NCBI RefSeq assembly: GCF_050920415.1
Contig: NZ_CP169309.1
Strand: one strand, 5' to 3'
DNA: 64,000 bases
From: Escherichia coli
Lineage (GTDB): Bacteria > Pseudomonadota > Gammaproteobacteria > Enterobacterales > Enterobacteriaceae
Shown here: positions 15,002-25,398 of the stretch, one piece after another
How positions within the stretch are numbered: position 1 is the stretch's first letter
Layout: each line of letters starts with the position of its first letter
Notes under the pieces: model-generated
Seen by the model: only the letters and a program-made list of their open reading frames with translations
What the model was told of the DNA's origin: nothing
Databases searched by the model: none
Program-made: the position numbers and the translations under genes

Positions 15002-16287
15002 AGCGCGGTTGCTCCCTTAATGCCATCTTTCAGCAAGTTGATCAGCCCAATTTTCTTCGCGTGTCCCATGATCATTTTGCGTACCGGCTGGTTTGGTTTG
15101 CCGTCGATGGTGAACATATCGTTCATGATGTCGGCGACCATTCGTGGGTATTGGCTAAACAGGCGCGGGTTTTCCATCAGCGCCGGGATCTTGCGGAAAT
15201 GCTGCATATCGCGCATAACACAACTTTGTTCCAGCTCACGTTTGTATTGCGCCAGGCTGCTGGCGGAGAAGTCAGCGCGTTCTTTAGCGGCAATCACTGT
15301 TGTGGCGGCAGCCTGGGCCGATGCGATGGCTAAATCCATTCCGCGAACCGTAAAGCCCAGATTGAGGCAGAAACCTGCGGCATCACCGACGATCATCACG
15401 CCCTCATTAACCAGCTGCGGCACCATCGCCAGACCGCCTTCCGGTACCATGTGCGCGGAATATTCAAGCAGTTTGCCGCCGCTAATCAGTGAGCGAATGG
15501 CGGGGTGTTGTTTAAAATCTTCCAGCATTTGCGGCACGCTTTTTTTTGCATGGGCGATATCACCCAATCCACAAACCAGCCCCAACGATACGGAATCCTT
15601 GTTGGTATAGAGGAATCCGCCGCCCATCAGGCCGTCAGAAGGGGAACCGGCAAACAGCCAGGCGGCACCTTCCTCGCCCATAACATTAAAGCGATCGTTG
15701 ATTTGCTCTGGTGTAAGACCAATAATCTCTTTAACACCAACTGCGTAATGATGCGGATCGGAAGCGGGAACCATTCCCAGCGAGCGGCCAAGCATTGAGT
15801 TAACGCCATCAGCCAGAATCACCACATTCGCTTCAAGAACATCATCCCCGGCCTGAACGCCAGTGACCTTATTTCCTTCACGAACCAGCGCATCGACACG
15901 AACGCCCGGGATAAACTGCGCGCCAGCCTGTTCGGCTTGTTCCATCAACCACGGGTCCAGACGATTACGCAATACGGTATAAGACGCGTGTTGCGGAACA
16001 TCTGGTTGCTCGCGGTGAAAATCGAGGGTAACGGCACTCTCTTCGGTTAAGAAGGAGATTTTCTCGCGTGTGACCTTGCGTTCTACCGGCGCTGATGCTG
16101 CAAAGCCTGGAATAATCGCTTCAAGTGTGTGGGCATAAAGACGCCCGCCGGTCATGTTTTTACATCCGGCACTGTCGCCGCGTTCTATCACCAGGACATC
16201 CAGCCCGGCTCGCGCCATGACCAGTGCGGCAACGCTACCGGCAACGCCCGCACCGACCACAATGGCATCAAATTTGTCATCCGACAT
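14998..16287 (-). CDS. ydiS: ETF-quinone oxidoreductase-like flavoprotein (FixC family)
   Basis: 429 aa, N-terminal FAD fold motif DAIVVGAGVAGS. Confidence 0.92.
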   Translation of the reverse strand: MSDDKFDAIVVGAGVAGSVAALVMARAGLDVLVIERGDSAGCKNMTGGRLYAHTLEAIIPGFAASAPVERKVTREKISFLTEESAVTLDFHREQPDVPQHASYTVLRNRLDPWLMEQAEQAGAQFIPGVRVDALVREGNKVTGVQAGDDVLEANVVILADGVNSMLGRSLGMVPASDPHHYAVGVKEIIGLTPEQINDRFNVMGEEGAAWLFAGSPSDGLMGGGFLYTNKDSVSLGLVCGLGDIAHAKKSVPQMLEDFKQHPAIRSLISGGKLLEYSAHMVPEGGLAMVPQLVNEGVMIVGDAAGFCLNLGFTVRGMDLAIASAQAAATTVIAAKERADFSASSLAQYKRELEQSCVMRDMQHFRKIPALMENPRLFSQYPRMVADIMNDMFTIDGKPNQPVRKMIMGHAKKIGLINLLKDGIKGATAL

Positions 16288-16342
16288 GCGTTATGCTCCC
16301 TTCCCGCTGCATTTACAGCGGGAGATGTGGTTGAAAGGGGAA

Positions 16343-17281
16343 TTAGCGGCTCAACTGGCTAATCAGGGCAGGGACGACTTTGTAAATATCGCCCACCAGG
16401 CCGTAGTCGGCATAATTGAAGATTGGCGCGTTTTTATCTTTATTGATGGCGACAATCACTTTTGCGCCGTTGCCGCCAACCATATGTTGGATCTGCCCGG
16501 AGATCCCCAGCGTCAGGTAGAGATCGGATTTCAGCAACACGCCGGAGACACCGATATAACGTTCACGCTCCATCCAGTTCTCGCCTTCGGCAATTGGACG
16601 TGAACAGCCGACTTCAGCATTCAGCACCGCCGCCAGTTCGTGGACCATTTTCAGGTCATCCTGCGCCGCCAGACCGCGACCGACGCCAACCACACGTTTT
16701 GCTTTGCTCAGGTCCACGCTGCTTGCCGCTTTCGCTCGGCGTTCGCGACAGAGAATTTCATGACGCGGGGCAACATAAGGTACCGTTTCTGTCGGGCACT
16801 GATGAGAGATATCACTGGTGCACGGTTCCTGAACACCGGGTGCAAGGGTAATGATCGCCAGCGGGCTGTTGATCTTTTCCTGAGCGAACGCTAACCCGCC
16901 ATACATCCGGTGTTCGGCGCAAATGTGACCATCGACAATATCCACCGCCGTGGCATCGTTCACCAGCGCCGCATTCAGTTGCACACTTAACCGTGCTGCC
17001 AGAGCTTTACCACGTTTCGTCGCGGCCAGCAGCAACATAGCGGGGTGTTTATCTTTCAGCAGGGCAGCAATGCTTTCGGCGTAATTTTCAGTACGTTGCA
17101 GCGCGTCGTTTTGCTCAAGAACATAAATACATTTTGGCCCATAAGGCATAACTGCCTGCGCCTGGTCGGTATTTTGTACAATGGCATACACCTGTTGGCC
17201 CCATTGCTGCGCGCCGCCAAACAGTTCAGCATAACGTTCAGGATTATCGCTAAAGACCCAGACGCTGTTTAATTGACTCAT
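16343..17281 (-). CDS. ydiR: Electron transfer flavoprotein alpha subunit
   Basis: 312 aa, ETF-alpha/FixB-like sequence. Confidence 0.92.
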   Translation of the reverse strand: MSQLNSVWVFSDNPERYAELFGGAQQWGQQVYAIVQNTDQAQAVMPYGPKCIYVLEQNDALQRTENYAESIAALLKDKHPAMLLLAATKRGKALAARLSVQLNAALVNDATAVDIVDGHICAEHRMYGGLAFAQEKINSPLAIITLAPGVQEPCTSDISHQCPTETVPYVAPRHEILCRERRAKAASSVDLSKAKRVVGVGRGLAAQDDLKMVHELAAVLNAEVGCSRPIAEGENWMERERYIGVSGVLLKSDLYLTLGISGQIQHMVGGNGAKVIVAINKDKNAPIFNYADYGLVGDIYKVVPALISQLSR

Positions 17282-17300
17282 CGTTTCTTCTCCGTAGGCT

Positions 17301-18065
17301 TCAGTTCAGGGCTTTCTTCAGATGTTCCGCCAGCTCGGCAATGGCCTCCGGCGAATCGTTATCGAGAATGATGTGCTTACGTTCTGTTTGCGGCGGTACG
17401 CGAATGCCGGTCAGTTCAGCAAGTGGCGTGCTCTGGCTCCAGCCAATATCACTTGCCTGCCACTGATTTACCGGTTTTTTACCCGCGCCGAGAATGGCTT
17501 TCATCGAAGGAATGCGTGGCATGTTAATATCGGAGGTGACGCAGAGCACGGCTGGAACAGAGAGCTCAATAACTTCAACATCATCTTCAAGCGTGCGTTC
17601 AATCACCAGTGTATTGCCCTGACGCTGAATAGCACTCACTGCATTAATCACCGGAAGTTGCAGAATTTCTCCGACCAGCAAGCCAACCTGCTGGGCATAA
17701 AGGTCGCCGGAACCTTCACCAAAGATCAGTAAATCGAAGCCGATCTTTTCAACTGCTGCCGCCAGCGCCTTTGCGGTATCGAGAGGCAGTGCATGTTCAA
17801 GTTGCGCATCCTGCACCAAATACAGGCTATGCGGCCCGCGGGATAGCACGTCTTTGCGCACTTTCGAGTTCTGCAACAATGAGCCGCCAATGGTCAGCGC
17901 GGCTATCTCATCGTCATCTGTTGCAATCTGGCTTGCAGCTTCAATGGCATTGAGATCGAACTGGCTGATTTTGGCGTCGGCATTGTCGAAATTCAGGGTA
18001 TATTCTGGAGTGACAACAATGTCCTGTTCTTCAGGCACCAGCTTAAAGCAGGTTATTATTTTCAT
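17301..18065 (-). CDS. ydiQ: Electron transfer flavoprotein beta subunit
   Basis: 254 aa from ATG at 18065 (MKIITCFKLVPEE) with RBS caggag upstream; the ORF-track 33-codon 5' extension is rejected. Confidence 0.88.
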   Translation of the reverse strand: MKIITCFKLVPEEQDIVVTPEYTLNFDNADAKISQFDLNAIEAASQIATDDDEIAALTIGGSLLQNSKVRKDVLSRGPHSLYLVQDAQLEHALPLDTAKALAAAVEKIGFDLLIFGEGSGDLYAQQVGLLVGEILQLPVINAVSAIQRQGNTLVIERTLEDDVEVIELSVPAVLCVTSDINMPRIPSMKAILGAGKKPVNQWQASDIGWSQSTPLAELTGIRVPPQTERKHIILDNDSPEAIAELAEHLKKALN

Positions 18066-18180
18066 GATTTCTCCTGTGAGTCGCATACGGAACCATCTCC
18101 GATGGAAGGTAAAAATGGCCTGAAAATAGTGTGCGATAGCGGTGCGGGGTTTTCGACGGAGCAAGCTGTTTTCCTTGCCA

Positions 18181-18264
18181 ACAATCTTGCAAAAAAAATG
18201 CGATCGCTAAAACAAAAGTGCAATTTGCGGCAATGTTGTTATTCCATGACCGTACAATCTTGCA
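18181..18264 (+). promoter_or_regulatory. Divergent ydiQ/ydiP promoter region with direct 11-mer repeat ACAATCTTGCA (copies at 18181-18191 and 18254-18264)
   Basis: Identical 11-mer twice, 73 bp apart, in a 216-bp intergenic region. Confidence 0.4.
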
Positions 18265-18380
18265 TTCAGTGTAAATAATCTTGTTTAGCTCTCGCTAAAC
18301 GCGGTTGTATAACCGCAATACACGCCGTATTTTATCCGGCATATATTGTTTTTGCTTGCTCATGGAATAGGGAGGTTGTC

Positions 18381-19292
18381 ATGTATCAACGCTGTTTTGA
18401 TAACGCCAGCGAAACGCTGTTTGTCGCCGGTAAAACGCCACGGCTTTCACGTTTTGCATTTAGCGATGATCCAAAATGGGAGTCCGGACATCACGTTCAT
18501 GACAATGAAACCGAGTTGATTTACGTCAAGAAAGGGGTAGCAAGGTTTACCATCGATTCTTCGTTATATGTCGCGCATGCCGATGACATTGTGGTGATAG
18601 AACGTGGCAGGTTGCATGCGGTGGCCTCTGACGTTAACGATCCAGCAACGACGTGTACCTGTGCGCTGTACGGCTTTCAGTTTCAGGGGACTGAGGAAAA
18701 TCAGCTACTGCAACCGCATTCTTGCCCGGTCATTGCCGCAGGGCAGGGAAAAGAAGTCATTAAAACCTTATTTAATGAGCTAAGTGTGATTTTGCCGCAA
18801 AGTAAAAATAGCCAAACATCTTCGTTATGGGACGCATTTGCCTATACGTTAGTAATTCTTTACTACGAAAACTTTAAAAATGCTTATCGTTCGGAGCAGG
18901 GATATATTAAAAAAGATGTTCTGATAAAAGATATTCTTTTCTATCTGAATAATAATTATCGCGAAAAAATCACTTTAGAGCAGTTATCGAAAAAATTTCG
19001 TGCCAGCGTCAGTTATATCTGCCATGAATTTACCAAAGAGTATCGTATTTCCCCTATTAACTATGTTATTCAACGGCGTATGACGGAAGCGAAATGGTCA
19101 CTCACTAATACTGAATTATCACAGGCAGAGATCTCCTGGCGTGTGGGTTATGAAAATGTCGATCACTTTGCCAAACTGTTTTTGCGCCATGTCGGCTGTT
19201 CGCCCAGCGATTACCGCAGGCAATTTAAAAACTGTTTTGCGGAACAAGAAATCTTATCTGAATTTCCTCAACCGGTAAGTCTTGCCGGATAA
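18381..19292 (+). CDS. ydiP: AraC/XylS family transcriptional regulator
   Basis: 303 aa, cupin-like N-terminus and C-terminal AraC-type HTH region. Confidence 0.9.
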   Translation: MYQRCFDNASETLFVAGKTPRLSRFAFSDDPKWESGHHVHDNETELIYVKKGVARFTIDSSLYVAHADDIVVIERGRLHAVASDVNDPATTCTCALYGFQFQGTEENQLLQPHSCPVIAAGQGKEVIKTLFNELSVILPQSKNSQTSSLWDAFAYTLVILYYENFKNAYRSEQGYIKKDVLIKDILFYLNNNYREKITLEQLSKKFRASVSYICHEFTKEYRISPINYVIQRRMTEAKWSLTNTELSQAEISWRVGYENVDHFAKLFLRHVGCSPSDYRRQFKNCFAEQEILSEFPQPVSLAG

Positions 19293-19334
19293 ATCTGGCG
19301 GCGCAGTTTGTTAAGAAGCTGCGCCGCCTGCAGA

Positions 19335-20486
19335 TTATTTGTTCTGATAATCTTTCAGGATCTGCCGACCCGCTACGTAAATCATAATTTCGTCTGTACC
19401 GCCGCCGATACGTTCACAACGGACATCACGCCAGAAGCGAGAGACGCGCGCCTCATCGGTATAGCCCAGACCGCCCATGATTTGAATCGCATCATCAATG
19501 ACTTCCATTGCGGTACGTGCGCAGTACAGTTTTGCCAGCGCCGCGCTGGTGCGCAGTGACTGATGCTGATCGGCTTGCCATGCCACTTTCAACACCATGT
19601 TGCGCATGTTGTCGATCTTAATCGCCATCAGCGCCAGTTTTTCCTGAATCATCTGGTTATGACCAATGGGCTTACCAAAAGCGATACGTTGGTTGGCATA
19701 GCGGGCGGCATCTTCGAATGCGCATTCGGCAAAGCCGGTGCTGCGCGCGGCGTTGATCAGGCGCTCCATCTCAAAGTTGTACATCACATTGAGGAAACCC
19801 ATTCCTTCTTCGCCCACCATGTCGCTCTCTTCAACTTCCACGTTGTTGAGATAGACTTCGCAGGTGCTGAGCATATGCCAGCCGATTTTATGCAGCGGGT
19901 TAATCTTAATGCCGGGCTTACTGGAGTCGACCCACCACAGGGTGAAGGCTTTTTTGGGATCTTTCGGTTCTGGATCGCGCGCCAGCACCAGCATATACGG
20001 GTACTCTTTCGCGCCGGTAATAAAGGTTTTCTGGCCGTTGATGTAAACCTTGCCATTTTTACGCGTGTAAGTGGTAGTAGCACTGTTATTGTCTGAGCCT
20101 GCGCCTGGTTCCGTCAACGCCAGGGCATAGGCGGGATCACCCGTTTCCAGGGTGCTCTCTGCCGTTTTACGTAGCTGCTCAGCAGAACCGAAACGGCGCA
20201 TGCTGTGAATACATTGACCGTTGGTAATCAAAAATGCCGGAGCACCGCATTTTGACACTTCCATCAGCGCCAGCATTTGGGTGACGTAATCCGCAGGGAT
20301 ACCACCAAATTCTTCCGGCACGCCAAGCATTGAAATACCGTTATCCGCCAGTGCCCGCATAAACTCACGCGGGTATGTCCCGTTTTGATCGCAGGTGCGG
20401 AAATACTCTTCCGGAAAGTTGGTCGTAATCAACTCGCGAATACTGGCCAGCAGCAGTTCTTGTTCTTCAGTTAAAGAAAAATCCAT
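19335..20486 (-). CDS. ydiO: Acyl-CoA dehydrogenase (CaiA/butyryl-CoA dehydrogenase-like)
   Basis: 383 aa from ATG 20486 (MDFSLTEEQELL); acyl-CoA dehydrogenase-family sequence. Confidence 0.9.
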   Translation of the reverse strand: MDFSLTEEQELLLASIRELITTNFPEEYFRTCDQNGTYPREFMRALADNGISMLGVPEEFGGIPADYVTQMLALMEVSKCGAPAFLITNGQCIHSMRRFGSAEQLRKTAESTLETGDPAYALALTEPGAGSDNNSATTTYTRKNGKVYINGQKTFITGAKEYPYMLVLARDPEPKDPKKAFTLWWVDSSKPGIKINPLHKIGWHMLSTCEVYLNNVEVEESDMVGEEGMGFLNVMYNFEMERLINAARSTGFAECAFEDAARYANQRIAFGKPIGHNQMIQEKLALMAIKIDNMRNMVLKVAWQADQHQSLRTSAALAKLYCARTAMEVIDDAIQIMGGLGYTDEARVSRFWRDVRCERIGGGTDEIMIYVAGRQILKDYQNK

Positions 20487-20499
20487 CATTATACTCCTG

Positions 20500-22095
20500 T
20501 TAATGAGCCGCTTCAGGCAGGACAAAACCCATCGCCGCATCGATAAATAATCTTTCGTCCATCAGTTTGAGTTCTGGCGAAATCACTGGGGTGAAATCCA
20601 TTTTGTCGAGAATATCTTTTTGTAAATCGACGCCAGGAGCGATTTCGATTAAATGCAGGCCGTCTTCTTTTAGCGTGAATACGGCGCGCTCAGTGATATA
20701 ACGAACATCCAGTCCTCGCTCGAGAGCGATTTTTCCGCTGAAAGTAATTTCCGGTAGTTCCTGAATAAATTTCTTCACCCGTCCTTCCTGGACGATATTT
20801 AATTTGCCGTCGGCAATTTCTGTTTTTAAACTGCCCGCAGTTAATGTGCCGCAGAAAATGATTTTCTTCGAAGTGGCACTGATATCAATAAATCCACCGG
20901 TGCCCATGATTTTACCATTGAATTTATGCACGCCGACGTTACCGTGCTGGTCGACTTCAGCAAAACTCAAATAACAAACATCCAGACCGCCACCGTGATA
21001 AAAATCAAACTGGGACGTCATATCCAGAATGGCACGGGTATTCACGTTCGCGCCAAAGGCGATCCCCTGTGAAGTAATACCGCCAATTGGGCCTGTTTCT
21101 ACCGTCAGAATAAAGTCATCAGCACAACCTTCTTCCCGGGCGACCAGGCCAATGCCGTCAGCAATACCGACGCCGACATTCCCCACCGCGCCTTTGCGCA
21201 TTTCGAATAATGCGCGCCGTGCAACTAATTTACGTTGGTTTAGGGGTAGGCTAAGTTTGGTGCTGTCATCAAGGGTGAAGTCACCAGAAATAAAGCGGTT
21301 AACCGGCGCACCGCCATACAGTTGGGTTTGATCCGGATCGACTACCACAATATCCACCAGATAACCCGGAATACGGACAGATTTAGGATGCAGCGTGGCT
21401 TTCTTAACCATCTTCTGCACCTGCATCATCACAATACCGCCGTTATTGTGCACCGCCTGAGCAATAACCAATGCGTCGAGATACATCACCTCATCTTCAA
21501 AGGTGGCGTAGCCTTCGCTGTCGCAGGTGGTGGCGCGAATAAAGGCGATATCCGGCGCAATCGCTTTGTAATAGAGATATTCTTTGTTATCAAACTCGAC
21601 CAGTTTAATCAGGTCTTCTTTAGTGACTTCATTCAGTTTGCCGCCTTGCTGGCGTGGATCGACAAATGTTCCGATGCCAATATCACTAATAATACCAGGC
21701 TGGTGGGCTGCGGCGGCGCGTAAGGTTTGTGTAAGTACACCTTGTGGATAGTTATAAGCAATAATTTTATTTTGTTCTGCGAGATCAGAAATACGCGGCG
21801 ATTGTCCCCAGTGACCGCATAATGCCCATTTCACCAGACCTTCTTGTGCCAGCGGACTAATACCACGGTCGGCGCGATCGCCAAGCCCTGTTGGACTAAT
21901 AATCGATAAATTACGTGGTGTTTGAGTCTGTTTATATTTATCAGCAAGAGCAGTAATTAACGTGGTGGCTTCCAGAATACCGCCGCCAGCGCCTAACACA
22001 CAAAGTGTTGCTTCGTCGGGAATATAATTCACCGCTTCCTGTGCCGACAGGACCGGCACTCGTCCATTAATACGAGGTGGTTTTACAGGTTTCAT
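20500..22095 (-). CDS. ydiF: Fused alpha/beta acetate/3-ketoacid CoA-transferase
   Basis: 531 aa, N-terminus MKPVKPPRINGRVPVLSAQEAV matches YdiF. Confidence 0.92.
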   Translation of the reverse strand: MKPVKPPRINGRVPVLSAQEAVNYIPDEATLCVLGAGGGILEATTLITALADKYKQTQTPRNLSIISPTGLGDRADRGISPLAQEGLVKWALCGHWGQSPRISDLAEQNKIIAYNYPQGVLTQTLRAAAAHQPGIISDIGIGTFVDPRQQGGKLNEVTKEDLIKLVEFDNKEYLYYKAIAPDIAFIRATTCDSEGYATFEDEVMYLDALVIAQAVHNNGGIVMMQVQKMVKKATLHPKSVRIPGYLVDIVVVDPDQTQLYGGAPVNRFISGDFTLDDSTKLSLPLNQRKLVARRALFEMRKGAVGNVGVGIADGIGLVAREEGCADDFILTVETGPIGGITSQGIAFGANVNTRAILDMTSQFDFYHGGGLDVCYLSFAEVDQHGNVGVHKFNGKIMGTGGFIDISATSKKIIFCGTLTAGSLKTEIADGKLNIVQEGRVKKFIQELPEITFSGKIALERGLDVRYITERAVFTLKEDGLHLIEIAPGVDLQKDILDKMDFTPVISPELKLMDERLFIDAAMGFVLPEAAH

Positions 22096-22239
22096 TGTTA
22101 ATTCCTGATTCAGGTGTAATTTTCCCTACGCCAGATGGAGAATTAGAGCGCAGAGACTCACGAAATATTTTTATTAAATACGGTTGAATATATTTTTTTA
22201 GTTCGGCGGGGGAGGGTATTCCCGCCGAAATATTATTGC

Positions 22240-22998
22240 TTATGCCTGATGTAAAATAGTTAATACCGTGCGCAAATCATTTACCGAGATTTGCCCTGGC
22301 GCAGAGGCTTTTTTTACCGCACCAAAAGTTGCCGCCGACCCAAATACTTCACCAGCCAGACGAGAAATTACGCCAGTTTTTGCCATCGACATCGTGATGA
22401 TTGGACGATCGGCATACTGCTCCTGCATCTCCAGGGTCGCGGCAAGCAACGTCAGCACATCGCTGGTACTTTGCGGCATCAGCGCAATCTTAGGAATATC
22501 GGCGTCGAAGGACTGCATTTTACGCAGACGGGCAATGATTTCTTCGGCTTCCGGCGTTTTATGGAAGTCATGGTTGGACATGACAACTTTCACATCATGC
22601 GCGTGGGCGTAGGCGACGGTTTCTTTAACTTGATCATCACCGGTAAATAACTCCAGATCGATCATATCAACCAGGCCGCTGTCGATGGCTGCACGATTGA
22701 GTGCAATATAAGCCTCGGTGGAAATCGCCTGCTCGCCGCCTTCTTTGGCACTGCGGAAGGTAAACAGCAGCGGTTTTTCTGGCATGGTTTCACGGAGAAT
22801 TTTTGCCGCTGCCATGACAGACTCCACATTGGATAGGTCGGCATAGTGGTCAACACGCCATTCCAGAATATCAAAGTCCGCTTCACGATAGGCGAGAGCT
22901 TCGGATTTCACGCTGGCGATATCTTTCGCCATCAGCGAGACGATGATTTTAGGTGCGCCCGTACCAATGACGAGATCTTTTACAGTTACGGTTTTCAT
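22240..22998 (-). CDS. aroD: 3-dehydroquinate dehydratase type I
   Basis: 252 aa, N-terminus [26 protein letters not shown] matches AroD. Confidence 0.95.
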   Translation of the reverse strand: MKTVTVKDLVIGTGAPKIIVSLMAKDIASVKSEALAYREADFDILEWRVDHYADLSNVESVMAAAKILRETMPEKPLLFTFRSAKEGGEQAISTEAYIALNRAAIDSGLVDMIDLELFTGDDQVKETVAYAHAHDVKVVMSNHDFHKTPEAEEIIARLRKMQSFDADIPKIALMPQSTSDVLTLLAATLEMQEQYADRPIITMSMAKTGVISRLAGEVFGSAATFGAVKKASAPGQISVNDLRTVLTILHQA

Positions 22999-23028
22999 TT
23001 TTTACCCTTTCTGCACGCGGTCAGCCTG

Positions 23029-23895
23029 TCAGGCACCGAACCCCATGACCTGTTTAACATATTCCAGAGGGAAATCTTTGCCAGTCCATAACGTGAACTG
23101 TTCAGCCCCTTGCCACAACAACATGCCGTATCCATCAATCGTTTTGCAACCAGCTTGTTGCGCCTGCTGCAATAACTTCGTCATATGCGGGTTATACACG
23201 CATTCAGTGACCAGAAGTCCCGGATGTAACAGACTGATATCATTAACCAATGATTCATTCTCAAGGGGTTTCATGCCCACTTTTGTGCCATTGGTTAAAA
23301 TGTCGGCGGAAGCCAGGGCTTCAGCAAAGGCTTGCTGATCGGCGAGATCGGTAACCGTGACGACACAATCGGTGTTTTCGTTAACCCGCTGCGCGAAGGC
23401 GAGGGCTTTATCGAAGAACTCATCCCGACGGTTAAAGAGTTTAATTTCTTTTAAACCTTCAATTGCCCCCTGCGCGCCAATTGCCGTTGAGGCACCTCCG
23501 GCCCCTAACAGCACCATCGTTTTGCCTTTGATATCAAAACCGCTCTCTTTAATGGCGCGAATATGGCCCGTGCCGTCGGTGTTATAGCCACGCAGATAGC
23601 CATCATCATTTACGATGGTGTTGATGGCACCCACCAGTTTGGCTGCTGGCGTTAATTCATCAACATATTCACACGCCAGTTGTTTGTTCGGCATTGATAC
23701 ACCAGTTCCGCGCATTTTGAGGGCTTTTAATCCTTCAATTGCTCCGGGAAAACTATCGTTATCCACTTCAAAGGCCATATAGGTAAATGGCAATCCCGCT
23801 TTTTCTAAGGCTTTGTTCTGCATTTCGGGCGATAAACTGTGGCGGATGGGATAGGCCATCAACCCAATCAATTCGTATTTTGCGGTAACATCCAT
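23029..23895 (-). CDS. ydiB: Quinate/shikimate dehydrogenase (NAD(P)-dependent, AroE paralogue)
   Basis: 288 aa, N-terminus [23 protein letters not shown] matches YdiB. Confidence 0.95.
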
Positions 23896-23906
23896 AATTA
23901 ACTCCT

Positions 23907-25172
23907 TTAACCTCTATGCTTAATTGTGTTTAACCGGGTGCTAAATTTATGCTCGCCAAACCGCACATCATTTTCAGGAATAATGAAAACGCGGTAATAG
24001 CGGATAAAAACAATAATTGCGGTAATCAGGGCCAGCAGCGCGAAAGTAAAATCGAGAACAATGATATATTGCAGGCCGATGTTCGACAGATAACCGGTAA
24101 TCAGCGGAATAACAAAGTTAGCCAGTCCACCCATCATCATATATATACTGGTGACTTTGGCTTTGCTTTTGGGGAAAAACTCTGACATGACCGAAACGCC
24201 GAGCTGTAAAATGCCGCCAGCTGCTGAGAAACCGATAACAAAGGCTCCGGCATTACACACCAGTGGAGAAGGGTACAGGTAGATAATGGCAGCTGTTATT
24301 GTTGCCAGTGCAGAGTTAAATACATTAGCCCAGATGGGCCGGACCATTTTTTTCAGCAGTGCGGCAAAAATAAAGACACAGACCAGCGAACCCATACTGT
24401 AATAAGAGATGGTTTTTAATGCCTCAGCTTCTGACATACCAGCAAAAGCCATCGCATATTTGGGCATCCACACCACAATCACATAAAAGGTCGAGAATGC
24501 GGCTACACCGAACAGTACCGATGAAACACCTTCCAGCCAGACTAACGGTTTGCTGTTCATTTGCGGTAATTCATTAGCTACGCTGGCGTCCACCAACTGG
24601 CTGGGGAATTTGCTTTTCAACAGCATCAGCGTGATCAGTACAAACAGAATACCCGGAATAATCAGCCCATAGCCGTACCAGATATTATTGAGCAACATAT
24701 AGCTCACCAGCATTGGGTAGAACATTTGCCCGAATGACACCATCGCTTTAACCAGTATGACTGCCGAACCAGAGGCTTTCGGAAAGCATTCCATGAGCGC
24801 AGGGTAGCCACCCGTATCCAGCGCTGAGTTAGCGATACCTACGCACACTGCCAGACAGTAGGCGAGAGTTAAATTCGGGCAAGCGGGAATACCAAAGAAG
24901 AATAGCAGATACATTATTACTGCCATTAATATCACCGCCCGACGACCAAACTTATCGGAGATCACACCGAAGAATAAAATACTGATCAATCGCCCCAAAC
25001 CGATACCGGAAATTAAATAGGCAATGCCCGCGTTGTCAGTGGAAAACTTTTCTGCCAGAGATGACATATTTTGGGCAAGCGTAATAACACTAATGCCGTG
25101 CAGAAAATAGCTGAAGTAAATACAAAGAACAGCCAGGATAAATGGCGTGCTGAAAGCCTTATTTTGAGACAT
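23907..25172 (-). CDS. ydiN: MFS transporter
   Basis: 421 aa from ATG at 25172 (MSQNKAF); the ORF-track start at 25178 is GTG; multi-pass hydrophobic protein. Confidence 0.88.
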
Positions 25173-25398
25173 TTTCACAGCTCCTTGCTGAAAGATTATT
25201 TCGTTACCGTACGTATTGTTCTCCGACGGTTTACATAATTACTATACTGAAGATGATTTTCCCTGGGTACATGGCATAAAGTTTATGTTTCCAGGAATAT
25301 TGCATGTCATAGTTTGTTTTTGATCGCGATTTTCCTTAGTTAGCGCAGAAAGAGTTATTTATCCGTAAGATCTTGCATGACCTGAAAAGAATATTGCA

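Noticed and set aside
16154-16851. 149-aa and 129-aa plus-strand ORFs overlapping ydiS and ydiR
   Set aside because: Antisense shadow ORFs with Arg/Pro/Ser-rich translations and no homology signal.
17301-18164. ORF-track 5' extensions of ydiQ, and similarly of ydiO, sufB, pykF, ydhV, ydhX, ydiL, ydiH and ydiE
   Set aside because: The track opens ORFs at the first ATG/GTG/TTG; the extensions lack RBSs and the known N-termini begin at internal ATGs with good RBS spacing.
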